This document shows, in pieces, positions 22,617-34,317 of a stretch of 41,403 bases of DNA. Numbering within the stretch: position 1 is the stretch's first letter; the number at the start of each line of letters is the position of its first letter. Position numbers and translations under genes: made by a program. The DNA is from Perkinsus chesapeaki ATCC PRA-425. Lineage: Eukaryota > Protista > Perkinsozoa. Location of the stretch: NCBI GenBank assembly GCA_013115145.1, contig JAAPAO010000303.1, positions 1 to 41,403 of the forward strand, read 5' to 3'. The notes beneath the pieces are model-generated. The model ran no database searches. It saw only the letters and a program-made list of their open reading frames with translations, and was not told the DNA's origin.

Positions 22617-25206
22617 ATGCATGAATCATCATCTCCTTCTTCAAGCAATAGAGTAAATGTTAGTAGTGCTATTGGTGGTTCATTAATAATATCAATTATA
22701 TCAAGAATAATAAGTTTTACATGTACACTATTATCAACACGTTATAGTAATATTAATGATTTTGGTGTTATGTAATAATATAGATTATTGTATGCATGAT
22801 GATGTATTAATGAATATTATTACAGGTCAGTATCTCTACAAAGCCTTCTTAACTTTTCAACATTCTTTATCAAAGAAGTGATAAGAAGATCATATCAAAG
22901 AATATCAACATCATCATCAACACCATCAACATCAGCATCACCATCAACATCAGCATCAGCATCAACATCAGCATTAGATGATAATATAAAAGCAGTATAT
23001 AGAACGGCAATATGGGGAAGGGATATAACATTTATTATAACACCAGTAATAATAATATTATAAATAAGATACGTATATATATATATATATATATTATTAG
23101 ATATTATGTTATATATGGTATAAGATATTATTATTACATAATGATAATATTATTATATTATATAATAATAATAGTAGTGTTATAATATATAGTTATATTA
23201 TTATTGGTTTATCTATCTATATTGAGGCATTAGCTGAACCTCATCTAGCATTACGTATATGTGGTGGTTATTATAATAATAATAATAATAAGAATATAAT
23301 AATACAACCAGATCCAAGTGTAAGTTAACTGTAATGATGATATTTATTATTATAATAATAGATACGGAATAAAGCTGAATCAATATCACTAGTTATACGC
23401 AGTATAATACAATGTTTTATTATTATTACTACTAGTATGGGATCAATAATGGCATTTTCAATAGCACAATTAGTAATAATAATAACAACAATAATAATAA
23501 CCCTACCACCAGCACCACAATCAACATGACCATTGGCTATAAGTCCACTACGACTACTACTCGATAATAATATTAATATTGTTGTTATTATTAGGTATAC
23601 AGTATAGTTTGGTATAATATAATACATATTAATGATTATGATGATAAAGATATATTAATTAATAATAATAGAATGAGAGGGGGGTTATATTATAATATAA
23701 TATCATCATCCAGAACATCCAGATCATCATCATCATCATCAGATGGTAGTAATACTTATTATAATAGATAATATTATATACCTTATCCTATATTAGAGAA
23801 ACAATTGGAGTTAATTAAATCATTTACATTAGTTGGTATACAAAAATTAATATTACAAGAAGGTGAAAGGATAATATTAATGTTTGCTAATTATAGTACC
23901 TCTGAATGGGGTTCATATGGTATAGTATCTAATATTGGTTCAATTGTATGTCGTATGATATATGCACCTATTGAGGATATTGCATATTCAACATTTACAA
24001 CATTTACAACAGCAGCAGCATATGATGATAAGGACTTAGTAAATAAGGTGGTTGCAACACCAAATATGTTATTAACATTATCATCATTTATGTTAGTAAG
24101 TTAGTACTACTATAAATTATAGTTGTATTATAGTAGATATTCTATTATTAATAATATTATTATTATTAGGTTGAGTGCAGTATAGGTGTATGTGGTGTTG
24201 TATTTGGACCTCCTATATCTAAATGTATAATTAATATCATATACCCCAATAATACTAATAATAATACATCATCATCATCATTATTATTACTGGATTATAA
24301 TAATATTAGCGTGTTACTATCATATTATTGTTATTTATTATTGTTAATGTCAATAAATGGTATTGGTGAATCATATTATTATGCAACATCAAAAGTAGTA
24401 GTAGAAGATGATGATGATGATGATAAAGATAAATCTGGTGGTATTATACTATTTAAGAGAGGTTTAATTGGTCAAATGGTATCTAGTATAATAATGTTAT
24501 TAACAGCAATAATAAGTAAATATTATATTGGTATTAAATCATTAATACTTGCTAATTCAATATCATGTATTATAAGAATATACACATCTCTTGGTAGTAG
24601 AGTAACGATTTCAACATCATCATCATCATCATCATCACAAGATAATGATGCTACAGAGGAGGATAAGGATGATGATGATGTTGTTGTTGGTGAAGTGGGA
24701 GAAATAGAGCATGTAAGCAGCATTAACAGCAGTAGGAGGAGGAGAAGGATTAATAGAAATAATAATACGGTTCATGATAAGTAGTAAAAATGGTATCAAT
24801 ATTATTATTACAATAACCTTATTATTTTAGGATGCTGTTAATAAACATAAATGAGTATGTTAGGAGTAGTAATAATAATAATAACCATAGTATATTATAT
24901 TATTCATTTAAATGTGCTTCTAATGTATGGTGTATTATATTACCTATATGTGTTATGAGTGGTATTATATTACGTATTATTATATATAATAATAAATTAA
25001 TATATAATAACTGTAAAGGTAATAGTAACATAGTCAATAGCAACATGAACATAATAATAATGTATTTATTATTAGGTATTATTGGTATATCATTCATTAT
25101 AGCTTCAATATGTGTAATATTATGTTTTAAACCAGTTTATTCGTTTATTAAAAATAATGGTATAATCGCTAATAAAACATCAATAATAAAATGTAAAAAC
25201 GATTAA
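22617..25206 (+). CDS. RFT1: RFT1 (Man5GlcNAc2-PP-dolichol translocation protein; MOP flippase superfamily), multi-exon
   Basis: ISRIISF..R..DFGV|SVSLQSLLNFSTFFIKEVIRRSYQR; IEALAEP; GIQKLILQEGERIIL..EWGSYGIVSNIGSIVCRMIYAPIEDIAYSTF; YCYLLLLMSINGIGESYYYA; GLILANS-like IKSLILANSISCIIRI. Ends approximate. Confidence 0.85.
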
Positions 25207-25251
25207 TACTTAGTAACACAATATATGTTGAGTTGTTGTTATTATTGTTAT

Positions 25252-25396
25252 TACTAGCTACTATTAGCTACTATTAGCTACTATTAGGTACTATTAGGTA
25301 CTATTAGGTACTATTAGCTACTATTAGCTACTATTAGGTACTATTAGGTACTATTAGCTACTATTAGCTACTATTAGCTACTATTAGGTACTATTA
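25252..25396. repeat. 10-bp tandem repeat ctattag[c/g]ta, about 14 units, intergenic
   Basis: Two unit variants interleaved in blocks. Confidence 0.92.
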
Positions 25397-25458
25397 AATA
25401 CAATAAAACAATATGTATTAAAATGTGTATATAATTAATATGATAATAATAAGAATAG

Positions 25459-28400
25459 TCAACAACATGTATAGCGGTAATGATGATGATTATGATGTTC
25501 ATCATTATAATAATAATAATGATATTGTTGTTGTATGTTGTTCGATGATGTTGTTAAATGTTTATTATTACGTGCTTGTGCTGATGATGATGATACAGCA
25601 GCAGCTGGTGCTGCTAATAATAGAGTATCGTTATTCATCCTTTTTATTTCATTCATTCTTTTCTTAAAGAATATTCTAGTATTTTTATTATTAGCAACAA
25701 CATAATCCTCATTCTTATAATTATCTTTTATTATATTTAGTTTTTTATCTCTATTTTTCTTATATTTATTATTATAATCATCATCATCATCATTGCGCCA
25801 CCCTGTTCCACCCGAACTACTAATTGGTCGTTCTATTAATAATAATGATGGTAATGCTGCTGCTGCTGCTGCTGCTAGTTCTTCTTCTTCTTCGTGATGA
25901 GGTAATACATTATTATTACTATTATCAGCGGCGACGGCAGCGGTAGAGGGTTGTGAAGTTTTGTTGTTATTATAACAACCACCACCAACACCTTCCATAG
26001 CTATTATAAAATCTGATAATTGAATAATAATATTATCATTATTATAGTATGCTTGTTGTTGTTTATCCTTATTATTTATCAATATATATTTCATAATATT
26101 ATTTACTGCTACTATACAATCCCCTAATAATATATTATATTATTATTGTCTTTGTTGTTGTTACTGTCTTTATTTCTTACCTTTATATCCTGTTAATGAT
26201 AATCCTATAGCCATTTCATTTAATGTAGGTCTTCCTTTACCTTTTATATCTAATATATTATTAAATATATAACTCCAATATGATATAATATCATCATCAT
26301 CTTCATCTTCATCATTTCGTATTTTATCCTTTGTTTCCAAACCATTGTTCTTATTATATATATTTGATATAACCCTTGGTCTCAAATTCGTTAATAAATG
26401 CGACCTAATTGGTAGTAATAGTAATAATAATATATATCATTACTACTACTACTACCTTATATCATCTAATTGTATTATCATTCTATTATTATTATTATTC
26501 AAGTTGTTGTTGTTATTATTATTATTGGATATTATTGAATAAGTATTATCATATTCTTGTTTATGATTAATATAGTCTATAATAATATTATTATTTATAG
26601 TATTTCTTATCACTACTGCATTTACCTCTTATTATCGAACCAGATGATGATGATGATGATGTGGGTAATATATAATTGGTATAATAATAGTCTTTATTAT
26701 TAGTGTTGTAGTAATGTACCTTTACGTTATACTATTACAGATTTATTATATTTCAAGTATAATAATAATATGAGTTATTATTATTACTACCTTATCCATT
26801 TCCAATAATGGTATATTAATATTATTTACTACTATCCTACCATCATCATTATTATTACTATTATCATCATTATTATTATTATCATCATTATTATTATTGT
26901 TATCATCATAATTTGTATTATATATTAAATCATTTATATATTTCATTTTTGATTCAATACTTTTAGTAATAGCTCTTTGTTCTGATAATATATTATCAAT
27001 AGCGCTCATTGGAAGTGTTGTCGTAGGTGATGGTAACATCAGCAACATCTCTTCTTCCTCCTCTTCTTCTATTTTATTCTCATTATTATTATAATCTTTT
27101 TCGTTTATTATATCATTATATTCATTGTTGTTATGTCTGTTGAGATGTAGTAATTCTCTAACATTGGCTACCATGATAGGATGATGATCATATGATAATG
27201 ATGATGATGATGATGATGATGATGATGTATAGTCATCATATTCTTCTTTATTATTATTATTCATATTTATTATATGAGCAGAACCTTCCTTAATATTATC
27301 TTGTTCATTCATTATCTAATTATAATATTTATATAATGTCCTTTATATCATTATTATTAATACTACCTCATCATCATCATCTTCTTCTTCTTCTGGGAAT
27401 GTATCTGGAGTCAATGATTCAATAAACATAGATGTATTATGATGATGATGATTTGAATAATAATGATGATTATGATCTACAGATGATGATGTCGTATTAG
27501 TAGTAGTATTAGTAGTATGTCGTGAATCTTTCATTCTTTTATTATTAGTTCCGTGAATACTTGTTGTTAATGTTAATGATGGTATTAATGGTAATATTAC
27601 TTCTAAATCATTATCTAAATCATTTATTTTATTATTATAGTATTCTTCATCTTCAATTATATTGTTATTGTCTTCCATATTATCATTCGATGATTTTGAT
27701 ATTTCAAGATTATTATTATTATTATCGCTTTCAATTATTATCCCTCTTGTTGCTTCTTGTGCTATTAATAATGCTATTGATTCTGCTTTACTAAGGCAAC
27801 AACTTCTTCTTCTTGATGATGATGATAATTCTTTCTTTTGCTCATTATTAGAGTCATCATCATCCAATAATAAATAGCCCGAATAACCTACTTTAAACAG
27901 TAGCATCATCATCATCATCAGCATCAGTATGAAGAGCAGTATGAAGATTTAGGGTAACAAGATATTATAGTTATCTTATTACTGTATAGTCACCCATCAA
28001 ACTTACCATTATAATATTCCTCCGATAATTCTCTATCTTGAATTACTGCATTATTACTTAATAATAATGATGATGATGATACTAATTTATTATTTTTACT
28101 ATATGGATTTATCATACATTCTGATAAGAATATGTCACCACATGGATGACGTATTTCCTTTGATAAGACATTTAATAATAATTTTGATTTAATTACCTAT
28201 TTATTATATTGAATAATGATAATCATCAAACTAGTTAATCTTATTATTATCTAACTAGTACTTGTAAATTATGATATAATATTATATATTCATCTCTCTG
28301 TTTTAATATTATATCCTTCAATTTATTTCCTATTATACGCATATTATTGCATTCTGATGACAATTCCCGTATAACCTAAAACAGCAGCAGTATTATTATT

Positions 28401-31196
28401 ATTATCCTAAGTAAGGTATTATTATTATTATTTATAATAATAATAACAACAATTACAGTATCTTGTTCTTTGAGCATATCTTTTATTATTGAACTTCTAT
28501 TATTCACTTCTATTTTATCACCATCACCATTGGTATTATTATTTGTGTTATAACTATTATATATTAATCTACATATACTCACTAATACCGAGTAATAGGA
28601 ATAATTACTGTTATTACTTATATGCATCATTTATTAATGTTTTAATAATAATTATCTTGTTTATCTTACTATCACTGTTACATATATTCAATTCCGTATT
28701 TTCATCATTATCTTCATATATTCCACTATCATCATGCTTATTATTATTATCATCATCGTAATAACAGCAAAATTGATTTATGATATTCTTTAATCTGCTA
28801 ATAATAACATAAATAAGATTATTATTTACATTGTACTAGTGATTATAATATTAGCATGTCAACAACAACAACATCATCATTATTATTACTTATTCAATAA
28901 ATTATCTTTAATTAATTTATCTTCCCATTCTTTACTTCTTAATAATCTAACTTCCTTTAGTAATTCTTGTTTAGTATTATCCTCATCTTTAATCCTCTTT
29001 TTTAATTCATTTAAACTCCTTTCCAAACTCTTTATCTAATACTAATTATAATACTACTATATTTACTAAATATTATCATCACCTTATTATTATTAACACT
29101 ATAATAATCATCATCACCACCATTCATCATCATCGTCCTACATTCATTATTATCAGTATTGTTATCTAACTTATTGAACCCTGTATTTATTGATCTTTTA
29201 TAATAATCATCATCATCCGCAGTCATCCCTCTTCCTATTACTAATGATGCTGATGGCGTGTGATATAATCCTTTATCAAATTCATTCCTCCTTTGTCTTT
29301 CGCTTGGTTTCAGTTCTTTATCGCAAGCCGCTTTATTATTATTTATATCATCTTCCCCTTTATTATTATTTATATCATCTTCCCCTTTATTATTATTTAT
29401 ATCATCTTCCCCTTTATTATTGTTTGTAGTGTTACCGCATTCTTGTGACATCATCATAATATTATCATTTTCATGTGATACTACTGTCATTGTTATTATT
29501 GGTAAATAATAATCAAACTGAATATCATCATCATCATTATAAAATATCTAATGATGATGTTGTATCTGGTTGATTTTAATCTATTAGATTATTATACCTT
29601 AAATAATATTAAGAATAACAACAACAACAACGAGAATAACTGAACAACAATAATAATAACAACTACTACTAAGACATTGTGAATATATCACCATGATGAT
29701 GATGAATATTACAAGTATATTACAATAATGATTATTACTATAATAAATATAGTAATTAGTATAGGTACCATTACCTGATATAATTTATTATCTAATAATA
29801 ATATTAATAATCATTATTATTGTTATTGTTATTACCATATGACCTGTTATACATTGTATGTTCCATTCTTCTCTTATACCAAAACATAATGATAACAACA
29901 ACGAACTATTATCATTATCATTTATATTATTATCATTTATATTATTATCATTTATATTATTATCATTTATATTATTATCATTTATATCATTATCATTTAT
30001 ATCATTGAGCATAAAAAGTAACTATGAATATGTATATATAACATTAATAACATAACTATCATCATCATTATAATAATAATAATAACAACTGTTACTTGCT
30101 TATATATATTATTTAGTAGCTACTCCTAATTGCTTTCCTTGTTGTTGTTGTTGTAATAATATTTTCTCCATTACTAAGTTATCTAAACTTGTTCTATTAT
30201 TTCGTATTATGCTATTATCTCCATATATTCCATATGATCCTATTATCTCATTATCATCATCATTACTAACTCTTGCTACTGCTGCTGCTGCTGCTGAATG
30301 TATATCATCATTACCATTATAATGATAATTTACGTTACTCATAAAGGTGTGCCGCCGCCGCTGCTGCCTTCTCCTCTCAATAACTCCTTTTTCAATCATT
30401 ATATTAGTATCCCTTTTATTATATATATATGGATCAGACCTAAGATGCCCTAATAATGATATTATTATTGTTATAACCTCCTTCTATATCCTTTATTATT
30501 AAATCCCCCTATACCCGCTTTATGTCGTCCTTTTTTTAAATCGTCTATAATTGCTAATCTACCTTTACATTGTGTTATCGGATTATTAACATATTTATTA
30601 TCATTATAGTAACCTTTTCTTGTTTTATGATGTGGTGTATTAACCTCATCTAAAATACTAATAATAAGTTATTAATCAAATATATTAATACTTTTATAAT
30701 CATCTTGGTAATCACTGATAACTGGTACTCCTGGTAACTGGGACGATTCCCTTGTCAAAAACGTACTACTATTCCTTAACCGCCTATTAACTTTTCTAAT
30801 ATCTTTTCTTGATTTACTACTTTTATTATTTTTATTATGTTTGATTATTTGTTTATTTGTTTTATTTTTATTATTAAATATCTTAATTAATATTCTCTTA
30901 TAGTATTTATATATTGCATAACAACATCCACCACCACTGGACTTATTATTATTATTTATATTTTCTATACTCATTATACGTTTTATACATACAGTTATTG
31001 CTACTGCAATAGTACATAATATACTTAATATAAATACTCTCATGAATGATGATACTCCAATATCATAACTATTATTATTATCATCATCATCTTCAGCAGC
31101 AGCAGCAGCAACAACAACAACAGCCGTATCATCGCCATCATTATAATCTTGTAACGTTGACATAAATCTACTATTATTGAAGGATATAATCATCAT
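25459..31196 (-). CDS. One or more large low-complexity hypothetical genes (N-terminal TM segment, coiled-coil region, possible EF-hand-like segment)
   Basis: A chain of minus-strand ORFs with Asn/Asp/Ser runs; in-phase GT-AG joins found between 30672, 30450 and 30109. Gene boundaries are not resolved and no family was recognised. Confidence 0.35.
29331..29420. repeat. 27-bp coding tandem repeat x3 (KGEDDINNN on the minus strand)
   Basis: tttattattatttatatcatcttcccc repeated three times. Confidence 0.85.
29905..30005. repeat. 15-bp tandem repeat (~6 units; INDNN on the minus strand)
   Basis: attatcatttatatt repeats. Confidence 0.8.
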
Positions 31197-31385
31197 TTTA
31201 CTACTTATATAATGAATCTTAACACAAATTGTTATTACTCATATACTATAAATATAATTAACAATAACACAATCAATAAAGTAGATTAATGGATACTAAG
31301 TATTAATGATATTATTATCATTATAACGTCATTGCCGTCGTTGTCGGCAATGTTGTTACTATGGCAGTGTTGTTATAGATTATTA

Positions 31386-32527
31386 TTATAGATCATCACC
31401 CCATTTTTTACCACCATCTTTAGTATAATCCTCATCCATATGATGTACTCTAACATAACCATCCTCTCCACCAGATACAAATGTAAACCCATCAGGTGAC
31501 CATGATAATGTATTAATAGGACCGAAATGACCACTAACTTTACCAAGTTCACTCTCATATATCATATGATGCAAACATGCTTCAAATTTACCTTGTTTTG
31601 CTGAAGTAGTAGTGACATCTCTAGCTTGTTGTCCACCACCTATCATAACATGTTGACGCCTATTATCATTATTATGATATAATGGGTTAATAGTTGCATC
31701 ATTAATAGGTCTATCTGATGAATATGTTTTAATACATTGCCATGTTCTTATATTCCATAATTTAGCAGTCATATCTTGTGATGCTGTAATAAATAATAAT
31801 CTATCCATAGATAATTGACATTTAGTAATAGGACGTCTAAATGTTAATAATAATAATAACAACAACTATTACTATTACTTACTCATGAGCATGCTCTATT
31901 TCCTGTATTTTATCACCAGTATTTGCATTCCATATAAATATACTATCACCCTTATCACTTTTCTCATCATGTATAGTTATTATAGTCTCATCATATAATC
32001 CCCATCTTGCCTAATATAATAATTATAATCCATATTATTATTATTACTACCTGTAATGCTTTACCAGGTAGATTATCACCACTTATTTGCACAATAATAT
32101 TTAATTTATTATCATCATCAGTCTGTTCCTCATCATTATATTGCCATATACTTACTGAGTTAGGTGTAGATACAAATTGATCTCTACATGCTATAAATCT
32201 ATCTTGTTTATTAGGATTGGTACACCATTCAACACATCTTACTACACCTTTAACCATTTTATGAGCTAATAATTCACCACTAACCACATCAAATACTCTT
32301 ATATTTTGATCACCACTACCAGTTACTAATCTAGTTGAATCATATGTACATGAAAATGAGAATACAGCACCTTTATGTGGTTCATATGTTCCTAATCTTT
32401 CACCAGTATATGCATCCCATACACACATACCATTATCTTTACCACTAGTAAATAATAAATCACCATCACTATTAAACCCCACCTGTGTGACAGGCCTACG
32501 ATGTGCATATATAACTAATGGATGCAT
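31386..32527 (-). CDS. EIF3I: Translation initiation factor eIF3 subunit I (TIF34; WD40), 3 exons
   Basis: MHPLVIYAHRRPVTQVGFNSDGDLLFTSGKD..GERLGTY..H.GAV..|ARWGLYDETIITIH..|RPITKCQLSMDRLLFITASQDMTAKLW..GGGQQARDVTTT..GKFEA..GHFGPINTLSWSPDG..SGGEDGYVRVH. Confidence 0.96.
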
Positions 32528-32606
32528 AACAACAACAACAACAGACAACAACAACAACAACAACAGCAGACGACAACCCTTGTCATATATCTAGCGCCCG
32601 CCATTC

Positions 32607-32616
32607 TAATCGATTA
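32607..32616. promoter_or_regulatory. TAATCGATTA palindrome in the 149-bp eIF3i/RIO1 divergent intergenic region
   Basis: Identical 10-mer at 12852-12861. Confidence 0.5.
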
Positions 32617-32630
32617 TAGTATTGGAGCTG

Positions 32631-32654
32631 CTTTTTCTCCTCTTCCACCTCCAG
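32631..32654 (+). promoter_or_regulatory. Polypyrimidine tract + CAG: candidate trans-splice or 5' UTR splice acceptor for RIO1
   Basis: ctttttctcctcttccacctccAG, 22 nt upstream of the RIO1 ATG. A C-rich pyrimidine tract like this is rare in this domain, and no obvious upstream donor was seen. Confidence 0.45.
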
Positions 32655-32676
32655 GTCGATGAAATCTTATTGAATA

Positions 32677-34161
32677 ATGGTTAATATTGATGATAATGAT
32701 GTTGGATCATATAATGTTGGTCATGTTGCATTAAACTCTATTAATAATGCTAAAAAGAAAGCTGATGAATATAGAGGGCATTTAGGTTTAACTCAAGATA
32801 CTAGAGCAACTGTTGATAATGTACTAGATCCACGTACTATTAATATAATAAATAAGATGATTAATAATGGTATATTTAATAAATTAATGGGTAATATATC
32901 AACTGGTAAAGAGGCTAATGTTTATTATGGTGATAATGGTAATAATGGTTTAGTAGCTGTTAAGGTATATAAAACAAGTATATTAATATTTAAAGATAGA
33001 TCTAAATATGTTGAAGGTGAATATAGATTTAGAAAAGGTTATTGTAAAAGTAATCCTAGAAAAATGGTTAATATGTGGGCAGAGAAAGAAATGAGAAATT
33101 TAAATAGAATTAATAATTATATACCATCACCAAAAGTTATTATTTGCCGTAATAATGTGTTAGTTATGGAATATCTAGGAGATGGTGATAATAATAATAA
33201 GGCATATCCAAGGTTAAAGGATGTTATTAAAGATAAACGTATTAATATTGATATATATATACAAGTTATTATGATAATGAGGATAATGTTTAATAAATGT
33301 AAACTGGTACATGGTGATTTATCTGAATTTAATATGTTATTATCACCTAACAATATTGTATATATTATCGATGTATCACAGTCTGTTGAACATGATCATA
33401 TACATGCATTAGACTTCCTTAAAAGAGATATTGTTAATGTAACTAGATTCTTTAGAAATAGTATTAATAATAAAGATGGTAGTAATATGATGACTAATAT
33501 TATATTAGATGTTAATACGTTATTTGATTATATTATTACTAATGATGATATACCATCATCATCATCAATTAATAATTCGGTTAGTACTACTACTATAATA
33601 GATCATAATAATAAAGAATTATATGATATTATAAATAATAATGGTAATAGATTAGGTTTACCAATACAAGAACAGAAATGGTTATTTAAATTATTAACAG
33701 ATCATCATCATGTAAAGACGACGATGATTATGATGTCATCTGATGATGAGGAGGAGGATGATGAGTTATTATTCCTGGATACATATATACCATCAACACT
33801 TAATCAATTCAGTGATTTGATGGAAATGGAAGTTGAATTATCTAAACATGCTAAAGGGGAAAAGTCTGTATATAACAGATTATTGGCAACAACATCATCA
33901 ACAAGGTATATTAATAATGAGGATAATAATGGGCAACAAGAACAACAAGAACAGCAGCAGCAGCAGCAGGATGATGATGATGACACTGTTGTTGTTGGTG
34001 GTGGTGGTGGTGTAGTATTGATTGATGATGGTCATATACCAGATGGTATGAGTAAAGGGGAATGGAAGAGGTTAGTTAAAGAGAAAAGGAGGGCTAAATT
34101 AGAGAATAAATGCCCAAAACATATAAAGAAGAGATATAGATCCAAAGCTGCTAATAGATAA
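32677..34161 (+). CDS. RIO1: RIO1 atypical Ser/Thr kinase (40S biogenesis), intronless, 494 aa
   Basis: VLDPRT..ISTGKEANVY..AVKVYKTSILIFKDRSKYVEGEYRFR..WAEKEMRNL..LVHGDLSEFNML..IIDVSQSVEHDH..K.EWKRLVKEK..K.PKHIKKR. Confidence 0.97.
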   Translation: MVNIDDNDVGSYNVGHVALNSINNAKKKADEYRGHLGLTQDTRATVDNVLDPRTINIINKMINNGIFNKLMGNISTGKEANVYYGDNGNNGLVAVKVYKTSILIFKDRSKYVEGEYRFRKGYCKSNPRKMVNMWAEKEMRNLNRINNYIPSPKVIICRNNVLVMEYLGDGDNNNKAYPRLKDVIKDKRINIDIYIQVIMIMRIMFNKCKLVHGDLSEFNMLLSPNNIVYIIDVSQSVEHDHIHALDFLKRDIVNVTRFFRNSINNKDGSNMMTNIILDVNTLFDYIITNDDIPSSSSINNSVSTTTIIDHNNKELYDIINNNGNRLGLPIQEQKWLFKLLTDHHHVKTTMIMMSSDDEEEDDELLFLDTYIPSTLNQFSDLMEMEVELSKHAKGEKSVYNRLLATTSSTRYINNEDNNGQQEQQEQQQQQQDDDDDTVVVGGGGGVVLIDDGHIPDGMSKGEWKRLVKEKRRAKLENKCPKHIKKRYRSKAANR

Positions 34162-34317
34162 TAACAACAACAACAATACTACTCATGTTAATATTATTGT
34201 AATATTAATAATAAGTATTATTATTCAATTGTTATATTTATTTGATTATTAATATTTCCTTGTCTATTTTATTATTATTGTTGTTAATAATAATATCATT
34301 ATTTGAGTAGTATACTG

